From Lingula anatina (Eukaryota; Animalia; Brachiopoda): a stretch of 64,000 nt of DNA. The position numbers were made by a program, and so were the translations under genes. The notes below the pieces were generated by a model. It did no database searches. It saw only the letters and a program-made list of their open reading frames with translations, and had not been told where the DNA came from. The stretch is from contig CM120640.1 of NCBI GenBank assembly GCA_051362555.1, positions 39,038,788 to 39,102,787 on the forward strand, in the 5' to 3' direction. Below are positions 26,703 to 39,872 of the stretch, piece after piece (within the stretch, counting starts at the first letter, position 1; each line of letters begins with the position of its first letter).

Positions 26703-29409
26703 ATGGCCGCAAGTGCTTCAGACGAATCTTTTACGTATGGGTATGTTGGCAATATTCCGGCAGCGTATCATTCTTCGGATTTACGGAATTATTTCTCCCA
26801 ATTTATAGAAAGAGGAGGATTTGACTGTTTTCATTTTCGCCACAGACCAGAGATAAGAAAACCTGTAGACAGTGATCCTTCGATGTCGAATGAGACTGAG
26901 CTTCATCCTCAAAGTCAAACGACTGGCACCAAAACGTTGTGTTGCGTTTTCAGGTTGAAAAAACAGAAGCTAGAGGAGCTCATCAGACAATATCACAGAA
27001 AACACTGGTTGGACAGGAATGGTGCATCTATACGACCACTATGTTTGATTAAACGTGTGAGGATAATGGATGAAAAAGGTTCGACATTTTTATTTGTTTA
27101 ATTTGTTTAATTATGCAATTAACAGTAATAAATTATATAATTACCAGTACTGCAGTAATGATGTTTGGCCACGTTCGGCTGTCACTTTGATCATTAACGA
27201 ATCTATAAACTTCATAAATTCATTTTTTGTTGTTATTTTGCACTAACAGAGTCAGACTTATAATGCTGTAAGTAGTAGACATTTGGAACATTATGTAGTC
27301 TGAGATTACAGTGCGTGTACTAATGCATATCAATGTAGTTCTTTGAATTCAATTTTTGTCTTGAACCCTTTCATTTATTATTATATAATTTCAGATATGG
27401 GAAATCAGAGATATAAAACAAGAAGAGAACAAAAACAAATTCCACAGGACAGAGAACAATTTACCAGAGCTGATTTATCCAAACTGATAGAACTTCATCC
27501 TCCTGATATAATGCCTAATGGCAATGTGGGAACTCCAACTTTGGTCTTTTTAGACCTGATTAAGCAGTGCAGGCTGCCTCCAGTTATTATAAAAAAACTC
27601 GGACTCTCATTTCCAAAGACAAGGTCAAAAAGAAAATATGGGAATGTCCCCTTTGAATATGGGGGAGAGGTAATTCAAGGAGACTCTACTGACACTGAGA
27701 CTCATGTTATAAGTGGAAGTGGACATGTTCTGCAAGCAGAGAGTGCAACTCCAGCAGATCTGTTAGGTAATCAAGAATATAACATGGAAGACAGAACAAA
27801 GGGGAAGAAAGAGGATCAGGACAGTGAAAATGAAGCAGAAGATTCTGATCCTGACAATGTGAGAAAACAGAAAAAACTCCTGTAGCAGAACAACTATCTT
27901 AAATTATCAGAAAAAAATCAGTAACTATTCAGTTAACTTTAATTCTATCAGTGATATACAGGCCATGGTTGAAGTGAAATATTTAAGAGTGGAAGCAATA
28001 TATCCGGAAAACTTTCTGGTACATTTAAGTGTTACAGTAATGATAGTGAGATGAACTCTGACAGAGCCAAAAACCTAAAAGTATTTACAAAAAGAAAGTT
28101 TGGTGATAGGTGTATTTCAAAGTTCTGCAAATATTTTGTTCTCTATTCAGGATGACGACACCTGTGAGGAGTGGGAACGCCATGAGGCCACCACGGATGA
28201 CCCCTGGGATGTTGAGAGGAACAAGGAGAGGCTATTTGAGGAGGACATAGAGCTAAAGTGGGAGAAGGGGGGATCAGGACTGGTCTTCTATACAGATGCT
28301 CAATACTGGGATGAGCAGGAAGGAGGTATGTATGAAAATCATGACTGTGTAACGTTTTTGAACATAATTACTGCATTTTAGTCAAATAAACAAACTATTG
28401 ACCCAAAATATGCTTTGTAAACTTGCATTATTGGGATTTGAAGTGTTGATGATAATTACCTATTATAACTTTTCTGCACAGCATTTTTTATAAGTAGCTT
28501 AGTGTGGATTTTTCATCAAAGCTTGTGTTCTGTTTCAGACTTTGATGCTAAGACAGCAGATGACTGGGATGTTGATATGAGTGCATATTATGATGCTGAA
28601 GGTGGAGACATGGATGCTAGGGATTTCCTTGCAATGAGAAAGGAAACTAGGAGAAGAAATGGGGAAGAAGATATATCTGTTGTGAATAATAAGATTGGCA
28701 AATTTGAAAGGCATACCAAGGTATTTTATATTTTGTTGATATTGCAGTAAGATCTCTAAGAATATTGAAAGTGAAATTTTGTAGACTAAACTGTTTTTGA
28801 GGGTGGTAAGCAAAAGAGCATAACCCTGGTGTTAGTATTTTGTATTTAATTTGGTTAGTGTCAGACACAAATTCTGTATTTACTAGTAAAGATATTTGTA
28901 TACACTCTGAATTTCAAGGGGATTGGAAGGACAATATTAGAAAGACAGGGCTGGACAGATGGTCAGGGTTTAGGTTCCACTATACGTGGAATGGCAGATG
29001 CTTTGGACAATGATGGACAACACCCAAAAGATAAAAAAGGATTGGGGTATGTTCAGCACTGGGTGAAAAAAAATACTTGATGATATTCAGTCATAAGCCA
29101 AGGCCAAAATACTCTAGTAGAGACTTTAGATAATTTATTCTGATCTCTGTCCCTCTCTCCCGTCACTGAACTTTTAAAATTTGTTTTGGTCAAATATCTT
29201 TATTAATTCAATTTGGCAGGTATCATGGGGAAAAACTTATTCGTTATGGCTTCAAAAGACCGAGGGCAGAAAAGCAGGTGATAATTTCCACAATATATGA
29301 CAATCCAGAAGACACTGACCCAGCTGAACCCTTACTGCGCAGGAAAAACCCACACTCCTTGAAATACAGAGAACCAGTAAATTTTACAAAAGCTTGTGAC
29401 AAGGAATAG
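26703..29409 (+). CDS. GPATCH3: G patch domain-containing protein 3, six coding exons
   Basis: SDLRNYFSQF..FDCFHFRHRPE; ELHPPDIMPNGNVGTP; CEEWERHE; EEDIELKWEKGGSGLVFYTDAQYW; DFDAKTADDWDVDMSAYYD; G-patch FERHTKGIGRTILERQGWTDGQGLG..KKGLGYHGEKL. Exons ~26703-27078, 27376-27857, 28151-28325, 28539-28720, 28919-29046, 29220-29409. Confidence 0.93.
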
Positions 29410-29595
29410 ATTTTTTTCAAGTTTGATGTGCTGAATAAACACAAAACTTGTGTTGGATTATGTAGATTCCTCATGGTTTGAAGTAGCAAAGTTGAAATCA
29501 CTGTTGTCACTTAAATGGAAATTTAGTTAGTCGAAGTAATCTTATGTACATACAAAATAATTTAAACACAAACAGCACAAGTGCAATAAAATTAT

Positions 29596-31530
29596 ATATT
29601 TTTATGTACAGACACAAATGTGTCTGTACATATTGCCATCACCTGCGTCTGTCGTCGCCGATGCCGATGCCGATGCCGGCGCCGTGCACTTTCAGCGTTA
29701 ACACTATAAGTGGAAGACAGTTTTACTTTTTGGCTTTATATTTACAGAGCTGACTAATATTCATAAAACGCAGGTCAAGTTCGAAAATCAGCATGATTGG
29801 GCCATTATTGTAGAATTTATGCTGTTTTTTCACTTTTTAGCATATATGCAACACTGTTAACACATTTCAAGGAAAACCGATAGGCCTTTTGTCATGAAAC
29901 TCACAGGAGTAATCAATCTTACTAAAACGCAGATCAAGTTCGAAAATCAGCATGATCGGGCCACTATTTTAGTAGTTATGCTGTTTTTTTTCACTTTTCA
30001 GCATATGTGCAACACTGTTAACACATTTCAAGGAAAACCGATAGACCTGTTGTCATGAAACTCACAGGAGTAATCAATCTTACTAAAACGTAGGTCAAGT
30101 TCGAAAATCAGCATAATCGGGCCATTATTTTTTAAGTTATGCTGTTTTTTCACATTTCTTCAGATTCAATTCTTAGGCATGTTAACAGTCTCATTATTTA
30201 ATTAATAAGATATGTAAAAGTGTTTGTTTGACATTTCCTGCATCTTTACAACATTGTTAGTTGATTATGTAAAAAATGATGGTAAACTTGTTATCGTGTA
30301 TTGTGTAATAAAGTGTCAAAAATGGAAATAAACTCATATCATTGCAGTTTGTAAGATTCAATCATTCATTATGTTCAGAAACTCAGAATGGAGGAAATTG
30401 GACATTTGACACTGTTCTATTGATATTTTTCACATCTCATCAACTTTCTTAGTTGATCATATAAAAATGGCAGTAAACTGTTAATTTTGTTTTATGTTAA
30501 AAAATTGTTAAAAATGGAAAAAAATGCATTTCAGGACAGTACTGTCTTGTCTACATTTTGGCATTTTCAAGGTGTGACTTTGAAGTTCCATGGGCCTGAA
30601 GACCTTTGCTAGTCACATTTTCTGAATATCCATGATACTAATATTTTATTATTAAAAATTGATGGTTATTATCCTGTTAAAAATTATGTAATATTGCATC
30701 AAAATTTGAAGAAACCCCTATTTTGGACACTGCTCCCTTGATGACCATTTAAGGAAAACCATGTCACTTACTGTTCTCAAACTTACAGGAAAGAAACATG
30801 GGACTAAAATACAGTTTCATTAGGCAGTGCAGTCTATTTGGTAAATTTTTCTGGCAGTTAATCAGTTTTTTGTGAAAATTTAATTTTTCACATATTGGCA
30901 ATTTGAAGGTGTGACTTAGAACCACCTTGGGCTTGAAGACCCATGCTAGTCACATTTTCTGAAAATCCACGATACATATATTTTATTATTAAAAACTGAT
31001 GGTCTTTATGCTGTTAAGCATTATGAAATATTGCATCAAAATAGAAGAAAACACAATTTTGGGTATTGCTGCCATGATGACCATCATGGGAAAACCATAT
31101 TACTTATGATTGTCAAACTTTTAAAAAAGAAACACAGGACTAAAATGCAGCTCGAGTTGGAAAAGCAGTCTAATTGACTTCTTTTTCTGGAAGTTTTACA
31201 TTTTCAAAGTGTGAACTTGAACTCCCATGGGCCTGAAGCCTTATGCTTGTTACACATTTTACTTACATTGGTATTACCTGTTGAGCATAATTAAAATTTG
31301 ATGTTGAATTTGCAGTTTAACATAATGTACTTTTACATCAGAATTGATAGTAGCCTATTTTGTTATTTCCTGCTTTTTGTCTGTACATTTGACAGCTTTG
31401 CTGCCTTGTTTTAAAATAAGAGCTATTGCTATATTTTTCAATAAAAGTAATAAACTTAATTAAAAATAAATACTAGTTTTTTCTTGTGCACACGACAAAT
31501 AGGTGAGTACACAAGCATCACATCTAAACT
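29596..31530. mobile_element. Helentron/HINE-like non-autonomous element with internal tandem repeats
   Basis: A T-run is followed by the hairpin tgtacagacac-aaat-gtgtctgtaca and a (CGATGC)n/GTC microsatellite. Three ~159 bp tandem units contain GGTCAAGTTCGAAAATCAGCATG (29766, 29924, 30084), followed by ~300-340 bp units (30569, 30907, 31206). The right boundary is uncertain. Confidence 0.55.
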
Positions 31531-31780
31531 TCTCTGGAGTATATTATTTATATGTGTATAGATATGGAGATATGCTATTCAATCAAATCTGTATTTATGA
31601 AGTTGCTGAGCTTTTTGATGCTTTATAAAACCATTCAATGTCCAATCACTACACAAAATTGTTATAGGGAGGGATGTTTAATCACAACAGCAACTTTTTG
31701 GCATGTATGCTTCTAAATACTTCTGCAACATCCTCCAATATAAAATTACAGAAAGGTATGCAGCAATTTAATAAGTTGGA

Positions 31781-32453
31781 TCACAATGAGCTGCTTGTTG
31801 CCTTGTGTACATCTTCATTAAGACCTTGAGTGATTTTCCCCATGTCAGAAGCAACACTTCTAATAAGTGACACAGCTTCCTTTGAAGAAATTGGACGGAT
31901 GTGTTCTGTGCCTGGAGCCCCACGGCGCTTTGCATCCTGCTGAATGAGGACTTGGACTTTTTGGTTGATTTTCAAGCATTGCTCTTGGTTTTCTTTCATC
32001 CGCTGGATTTTCTCTTTACTGTGTGCCTGGAATTAGTATGGAAAGAAACTGCACTCAACTGTTGTAACATATGTGATTTTTTGTCCCTTTAAAGTACAGC
32101 ACCACTACAAAAAAAATTAATAAATAAATAAAAATAATAATAATAACAATAAACAATAATAATAATAAAAAGAAAATAGTAATAATGAAGATAAAGTCAC
32201 TTACAAAAATTACCCAAAAAGAAATAATAAAGCGATAAGTAAAAAGAATAAGAACAGAAGAATTGTCATCTGTGCTACTTACTGTTCTCCTTTCATCTGC
32301 CTTCCTCTGCTTCTCATCTATTTCTTCCTTCGAATGAACCTTTTTCTTGTTTTGGGCTCTCTCCTGTAGCCTCTTTGGAATTTTTGCTCTTGGCTGGTCC
32401 TCATCGACAGATATACTGAATGCACAACCCCCTGCAGTTTCTGTATTATCCAT
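31781..32453 (-). CDS. Small stathmin-like coiled-coil protein, two coding exons
   Basis: Exon 32453-32283 MDNTETAGGCAFSISVDED..IPKRLQERA..HSKEEIDEKQRKADERRT|gtaagt joins in frame to ttccag|AHSKEKIQRMKENQE...SSSL* (32026-31781). The AF..., S.EEI..K...A.ERR pattern matches the stathmin domain. Confidence 0.65.
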
Positions 32454-32619
32454 TATTCTTATAACCTTGGCAATCTGCAATATAGATAAAAAATATCGGT
32501 TTTTACCAAGAGCTAGAATTTAGAAGAGTTCTGTGTCAAAAACAACTTCTAAATTGTTTCCAATGATATTTTCCGATGTTAGTTTACAGCTTCTTCACAC
32601 CATTTATTTAGCTTACCTT

Positions 32620-32929
32620 AGCTGTTAATTGGTAAAGCATGCAATCAAATCCACTGCCGTTAATACAACGGTTCTTTAAATCTCACAATACGTTTTGTTT
32701 ACATTTGAAATGTTTTGTTGTCCGCCATTTTGGCCAGTAGGGGTCATGTGACCTAGTGATAACTTGACGAAAAAAATTAAGGAGAAATTAAGAGCATTGC
32801 TTTTTTTTATTAAAAAATAGATCTAGGGGTTTATATCATGAATAATTTCAAAAAAATATTTGGTTTTCGTTATTGTTATTTTGCTGTATCAGTCTCGCGG
32901 GGTTTTCGAGATCAGTCACGAGATGTAGC
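32620..32929. promoter_or_regulatory. Probable bidirectional promoter (stathmin-like / MTFP1) with a YY1-type site
   Basis: The two genes diverge less than 500 bp apart; CCGCCATTTT at ~32722-32731. Confidence 0.5.
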
Positions 32930-35016
32930 ATGGCCGACAAGTGGGAGGTAAAAGCATGTGGGGAGTCAAAAAGGTCAACAGATATCGATAAAGCAGTCGA
33001 TCTTTATAGGGATACCCCCGTGAGATATTTAGGTAAGGATTTGACTGATGGGGTTTTCAAATACCTAACCCATTTAAAGATATGTTTCATTGATAAGCTG
33101 ACTTCAATTTAGTGACGATAAGTTCGTCTGCTTACTCGGACTCGTCGTACACCTGTACTGTAGCTCGACACAACATTAAAATAAAGATTGGACGACCAAT
33201 GGCTTAATATTTTGACCACTGCTTTATGGAACGCTCTGAGACTGATATAGAGCACTGTTACTTGCAGGTAGAGCCACATTTTGGCTTGGAAGTTCAAGTC
33301 GACTTTTAGTCAATTTTACATGTGTAGTTGCTTTTAAATTACGATAGTTTTTTTTATGTTCAGTTTAATATAATTTTTGAGTTGCTCCGAAACAAAAGAC
33401 GTTTCTCGCTCATGGCATCCAGTATGAGGTTTATGTTTTATTTATACCACTCCACATTCTATTCAGACATCCAATTTCAACTGATGCATTCTGTAACCGT
33501 TGTAAGACCTTCATTTCAATGTCAAATTTACATAGATCATTTATTATCCCTAGAGCATGGCTGTGAATAAAGGTTATAAAGAATTTACATTACAGTTGAC
33601 TTGTGATGCTCAAAGCACAAGAATAATATCTGAGAATGTGATGCTTAATAATGTAGTATCAGCCTTTTTATTCAGTACTGTATATGCCTTATTGAAAAAT
33701 TAAAATAGTTTATACAGTTGTAACTCTTAAGTACTGTAGTAGATATTGTCTTTTTAAGGTATATGAACACATTTTTATGGACTATCAGTTAAGTCAGTTA
33801 ATTGAAAGTTGGTCATCAAATCGACTGTAAGACTTATTACTATTTTTATGAGTGCATAATAAAGATACTGTTTACTATATAGGGTTCCTACATGGTATTA
33901 GTGTATACTCAGAACTTCACAAATGGCCTGTTTAGTGATTGACTATGCTACTACTAGCACTCTAACTAGTAGTATTAAATGTCTCAAATGTTGTGTGACA
34001 GTATTTGTACCAGATGCATCTAGCACACAAAATCCAAAAGCAGAACTCCTACAAAGCTCTAAATATTTTGTTTCCTCTATTGTCTGCACATTTGATATTG
34101 ACCTTTTGAATTGGCTTCTCTTAGTTATCTTTCAATCTGTTATGGTTTAAATTTATATGTCAAGCTGATACTGCATGTTAGTCTCTCTAACTTAGGTATC
34201 TTCTCTGTGGCTTCTGTGGGTTGTTGTTGCTGAAATATTGATGGGATTCCAAGTCTAGATCTGGGTTGCATATAATTTCTTGACATTGGGACCCTATGTG
34301 ACAATTGTACCAAGTCACTACACATGACATCATGTGCCTATGCTGAACAAGGTGATGTTTTTGTTCATGTGCTTAAATTTCATTTGCAGGTTATGCAAAT
34401 GAGGTTGGTGAAGCTTTTCGATCATTGGTACATGTAAACTTAGTAAGATTCAGTTATGTGGTAGCAAGCAGCTATGTTATTGCAGATGCTTACAACAAAG
34501 GAGATATAGCATCAGAGGTAAGTGTATATGAGCAAATCATAGGTCAGTTTTTAATAATATTGACAGAAATGTTTCAATTGCTGCTTTTGTTGTATTTAAA
34601 GTACTTTGCCCTGTCCACACATTCATCTAGATCTGTAAAACTTTACATGAGATCTTTTCTAAAACTTTTAATTTATTAATCAGAAAAAATGGAAGGATCC
34701 AAGTACAAAACGTACAAAAGTGACCCATGCAGTGCTTGACACTTTGGTGTGGCAGGGCCTTGCCTCTGTAGCTATCCCAGGCTTCACCATCAACAGAATA
34801 TGCTTCGTCTCCAACTGGATTTTACAGAGAAGTTTACAAAAGATGCCAACTCCAGTCAGAAAGTGGACAGTTACTGGTATTGGACTTGCAGCAATACCCT
34901 TCATAATCAAGCCTATAGATAGAACTGTAGACTATCTAATGAATAACTCAATGAGAAAATGGTATCACATGGATAGCGAGGAAGAGCAGTTGGTTCACCA
35001 CGAAAGAAATGATTAA
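32930..35016 (+). CDS. MTFP1: Mitochondrial fission process protein 1 (MTP18), three coding exons
   Basis: DLYRDTPVRYLG|YANEVGEAFRSLV..SYVIADAYNKG|..DTLVWQGLASVAIPGFTINRIC..GLAAIPFIIKPIDRTVDYLM. Exons 32930-33032, 34390-34517, 34684-35016. Confidence 0.95.
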
Positions 35017-36394
35017 AGTTTTGTAGTAATTATACATGATTTTATTGTAATTATTGTTATAGTTGCTTAAATATTATATATTATATTTAGCCAGTATTAT
35101 AAACTCAGGGTAGAGTGAAAGGTTGCTAGTTTAATGCACAAATTTGAGGATAGCCAGGATTAAAAAAATTCCTTTAATTTACTGCTTATTGGTAAAATAC
35201 AATTCCTGGTGAGTTCTGACAGTGATAAACCTTTGCTGAGTGGTCATTTGGGATTGTGGATCTCACAAAACTATTTGTCCAAATCAAAGTTTACTAGCCA
35301 GTGATGACAAATTTTATGACAGATGGCTAATTTTATTTCGTTTTATGTCTAAGCATGTCACTATTATTTGAGTCCTCTAAGAAATAGGTAGAAGTGTTTT
35401 ATGTGTTAAAGGGAACCCATACTCTCATTAGCCATTTAATAAGGCACATCTACTTGCAAATTACCTTGGGATGATGGCTTACGTTGCAGACTGTGTTACA
35501 TGTTGAACTGCTACCTAGTCATTTAAATTTCATTTTTTACAAAAAATTATTTATCACTTTTATATAAGTGCTTGCCAAACTCTAATCAGCAGCTGATATT
35601 AAATATAAGTCATGCTCTGAGATTATAAGTTTTAATGAGGGTTGTTGGTTACTTTTATCATTCTTTGGTATATCTAAGTGCATTAACCAAAATATTTAAC
35701 TATGCACGTGCCAAGTGTTTTTAGTTAATAATAAATAATTGGTTTTATACTTTTGTCCTAAAATGCGTTTTTGATTGACATGCAAGCCTTAAAAATATAT
35801 TGAATATAATATTATACAATTTATAAATTCAATGCACCCAACCCACCCAAAAAGAAAAAAGATTAAATGCACAAAACTCAGTCCTTTTGACTTTAATTTT
35901 ATCAAGAAAATGATAAACTCCATAGCAATATAATATTGCATGTAAAACAACACAAAATATTTAATTCTATTAAAATGAAGACAAAATTTTGCACAGCACT
36001 GTTGCATTTATCATATTTGGAAACTGGTAAGCAATAAGTGCCATAGGTCTTTCCTATACAAGCACTTGAAACAATACTGAATATGAAGGCTTGATAATTT
36101 CTTAAAGATCTTTTACAACGGTGATTTGCATCTCTTAATTCACTAAGATGTGATCACTTCTCAAATTGCAGCAACTTAAGATCTTTCTCTGTGCTATTTT
36201 GGCTTTCTTTTAATGTTCTCCTGTGTTCACATTTTTTACAAACTTCTCTTTACTATAACAGAAAGTAATATTGGTCCCTTTTCCAAGAAGTCTTTAAATC
36301 TGCTTATGATATTTTTGTGTTTATTTGCATCATAAATTCTACAGGTATAGTTTTTTAATAGAAACTTTATTTAAAAGCAGTTTTGGACACCATC

Positions 36395-39300
36395 TTATGA
36401 CATGTCCCACTCTTCCTCCATCAGGGGATCATCTTCATACAAATAGTTCTCAGCAAAACTGTCTACTCCAAAGGGTTTATCCATTTCTAGAAAATATGAG
36501 TTAATTCAATGCAAAATAATAATAATAATAATAATGCTGTTATTGATGAAAATACAGGAAGTGTACTCAGATGTTAAATTTAAGAATAAATTTTCATTTG
36601 CTCCTACATTTTATTTTATCACAAAAATAAACTACTTTCTACTTATTACATTCTACTTACCAATTGTAGATTCGTCTATATATTCATCATCTGATCCTGT
36701 GAACATGAAATTTTCCATTTCATTTAGAATTTCATTACTTGCACATTTTCATTTTAAACAAAACAATTAAAAAATATTTATGTATACTGCTTCATATGGA
36801 ATTTTATTGGAAAGGACAAAACTGACCTAAAACTTTAACTAAAACCACAGGTTTCAGTGCAAACAAGTGTACTTTATAGCATAATGATTAATAGAAGATC
36901 CAGGCTACAAAAAATAAATTACCCAAGTTGAAATATAGATCTCTGTCAGGCCTCATGTGTATGTCAGAGAAATCTTGCTGCATGACAGAAATGGAGGCTT
37001 TCTCTAGCTGCCTTGTTGAATAATTTCCAACACTTGTACCTACAATGATCAATGCATTCAATCAAGCTGTTTAAATACATTAATTATTTCATAATAATAA
37101 TAGCAATAGCAAGAAAAAATATTGAAATTTTATGAACATCATAGTATTCTTCAATTATTTTTTATACAATGGCAATTTAAACAACCTACAGCACATTAGA
37201 GATAAGGTTTGTGAACGAGCTTAAGTGTTTTTTTTTCTTTTTATAGAATGTCAATTAATTAATTAATTCTTACCTCCTAGTACTATTTCCAAGCTGGAAC
37301 TGTGAGAACTATGCCCTCTGTCACAACTTCTTAAAACTTCTTTAAGGAATTGATCTGATATTTGAAAGTTTCCACTTATATCCAGATGTTTAAGCTTGCA
37401 GCAGTTTTCAACCAAGAAAACCAATCCTAAAAATCATAGAAATATATATTTAAGTAAGCCAAATAACATCTTAAGTTTATGAACTTTAGCTTGTAAATTA
37501 AATTACAAAATATGAATGGGTCTTTGGAAAATGCACACATTAGTAAATACTGAAAATAGAAAATAGAAATACAGTAAGAAAAATAGATAATCAATTACAG
37601 GATTATTAATTGTAACATAATTTAGAATTACTTACCCTGATTTGTAATTGATGAACAAGCTCTTGCTTCAACTGTTTTCAATGTACCACTTAGAGCCAAT
37701 AACTTAACAGTTGCATCACTGACCTAATAAAGAACACAAGCAGGGGTTACCCCAGGATTCAGGGTATAGGAGTCCAAAATGTGACTCTGTAATTAGGTCA
37801 TCAATTTACAGTAGTCCAAACCAAGCAAGCCCAACCAGTCCAGTCAACTTTGGAATTTTTGTGCACAGTATAAAACTGAGCCATTTACTTGAAAAAGGTA
37901 TAATATTCCAACTGCTTTTAATGTAAATGTAATTTTTCATTTTCATGCTTTGATAGATATAATTCATTATTCGAAAAGAAAAAGTTTTTTGTGAACATTA
38001 CTGTAAACTATTTTTGAAATATTAGTGATAAAATTCGTACCTGAGGTAGATAGCTGATGATCAGGGTTTCCAGACAGGGAAGACTGGCCAGGATATCTAA
38101 GCCTACTGTGGTCAAATTCTGATAGCATCTGCTGATATTGACTTTCCTTAACTGTTTGCAACCTCTGCATATTGCATGGAGCACAGTATCTGTAACCATT
38201 GTGTTGTTGGCCAAATTCAAATCCATCTGAAATAGAACAAAAAAAATTGTAATGGAAACACTATTTAGAATTTTATAAGTTGTGAAGTAAAACACAGCAG
38301 ACGCCATGAAATTACTTTTATATTAGACGTAAATTTTTGTTAGCTTGAGATAAAACATTGAAAAATATTATCATTTGACAAAACTCACCAGTTTTTCTAA
38401 TCTGCCTACCATTGCGAGCCCAGTGGGTGATGCTGCAATTTTTATAGTAAATTGTATTATATATCAAAATCCACAAAGCAAAAATTTTAAACAATTTCTG
38501 ATAGTGGAAAAAAGATTTTTAAACTACACTGAATAGTGAAAGTTCTAGGCTTCATTTGTTTAAAAAATGTTTATAATCCCTCTTTCTTAACACAGCACTG
38601 GGAAATCTGTTTTCTGCATTGCTTTTCAAATGTGATTGAGTACTGAACTGGTAAATACTAATATTCTAACCAGTTATACTTTAAAAGAAAGTTACAATTC
38701 ACCCACTTTTTCCAAATAACCCTCCTAACTTCAAAGTTGTCAGAGATGAACAAAACTGGAAAAGTACATAAAATCTGCATTTAATTCAAAGTATGTAAAT
38801 TAGATGATAGCTGAGTCATAGTACAGCTAAGATTTTTCACTGATTAGTATTACATGACTTTAATGTCATATTCAAAGCATTAAAAAAACTTAGTTTAAAA
38901 ATTGAAATAATATGAAAGAATTTCTGTATGCAGAGGTGCATAACTGGAAAAGAATCGGGTAAATTTTTTATCAGAAAAGTTTCACATACATTGTTTTGAA
39001 TAAACAATAAATATAGACTTCATGTAACTTTCAGAGTCCCTCAGGAAAATGAATTCCAAATGAGTTTTACATTGAATAAAATTTTATAACAATGCCTCAT
39101 AAATGAAGTACTAGTATTTACTTATTGTACAAATTATGTACATTGTGTACCTCTGCTATATTCTGCAATCCTTTATCTGTCAGACTGATGCAATCATTCA
39201 ACTGTAGCTCTTGCAGCTTTGGGCAGCGGTCAAGCTTTTCTAACCCAACATCTATCAACTGAAAATAATCTTAAAATCATTAAAAAATAATAAATAAATG

Positions 39301-39822
39301 TCCTAATAAATGTAAATTATTTATATCATCCATTATAATATGTTACTAAACTCCATACCTTATAGTTTCGCATTTAACAATATTTTTAAAAAATTAGCAA
39401 ATCTCAATCAAAATATGTTCAAAAAATGTAAGCAGAAATATATCAGCTTTTGCACCATATTCAATCTTTCCACTAACCTTTGAACAGCCATTTAGGACAA
39501 GGCATTTTATCTGATCTCCCATCATGTGGAAACACTGAAATCGGAAAAAGAGGCTGGTGAACTTTCCACAATACAAAATACTAATGCCTTCAGTGTTAGA
39601 TACTTTCTTAGTGTTAATACCTTTCATTGATTTAATCATACATCCAAGAACTGTACTGAATGATCTAAGTTTAAGTATTTCAGGTTGCCATTTACGGTTG
39701 GGTAATTTTTTTTCAAAGTATATTTCTTTCACATACCTGTCCAGTTAGAACTTTATTCCCTTCTAGATCTACAAATGTCAGCTTTTTGCACTGGTGAAAT
39801 AACCACCAAAGGCTGAAAGAAA

Positions 39823-39872
<50 letters not shown>

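Noticed and set aside
29765-30150. Regular repeats resembling a CRISPR array
   Set aside because: The whole ~159 bp units repeat with no unique spacers; the context is eukaryotic and there are no cas genes.
32055-32282. Hydrophobic 'transmembrane' stretch in ORF 32055-32480
   Set aside because: This is translation of a T-rich intron downstream of the gtaagt donor.
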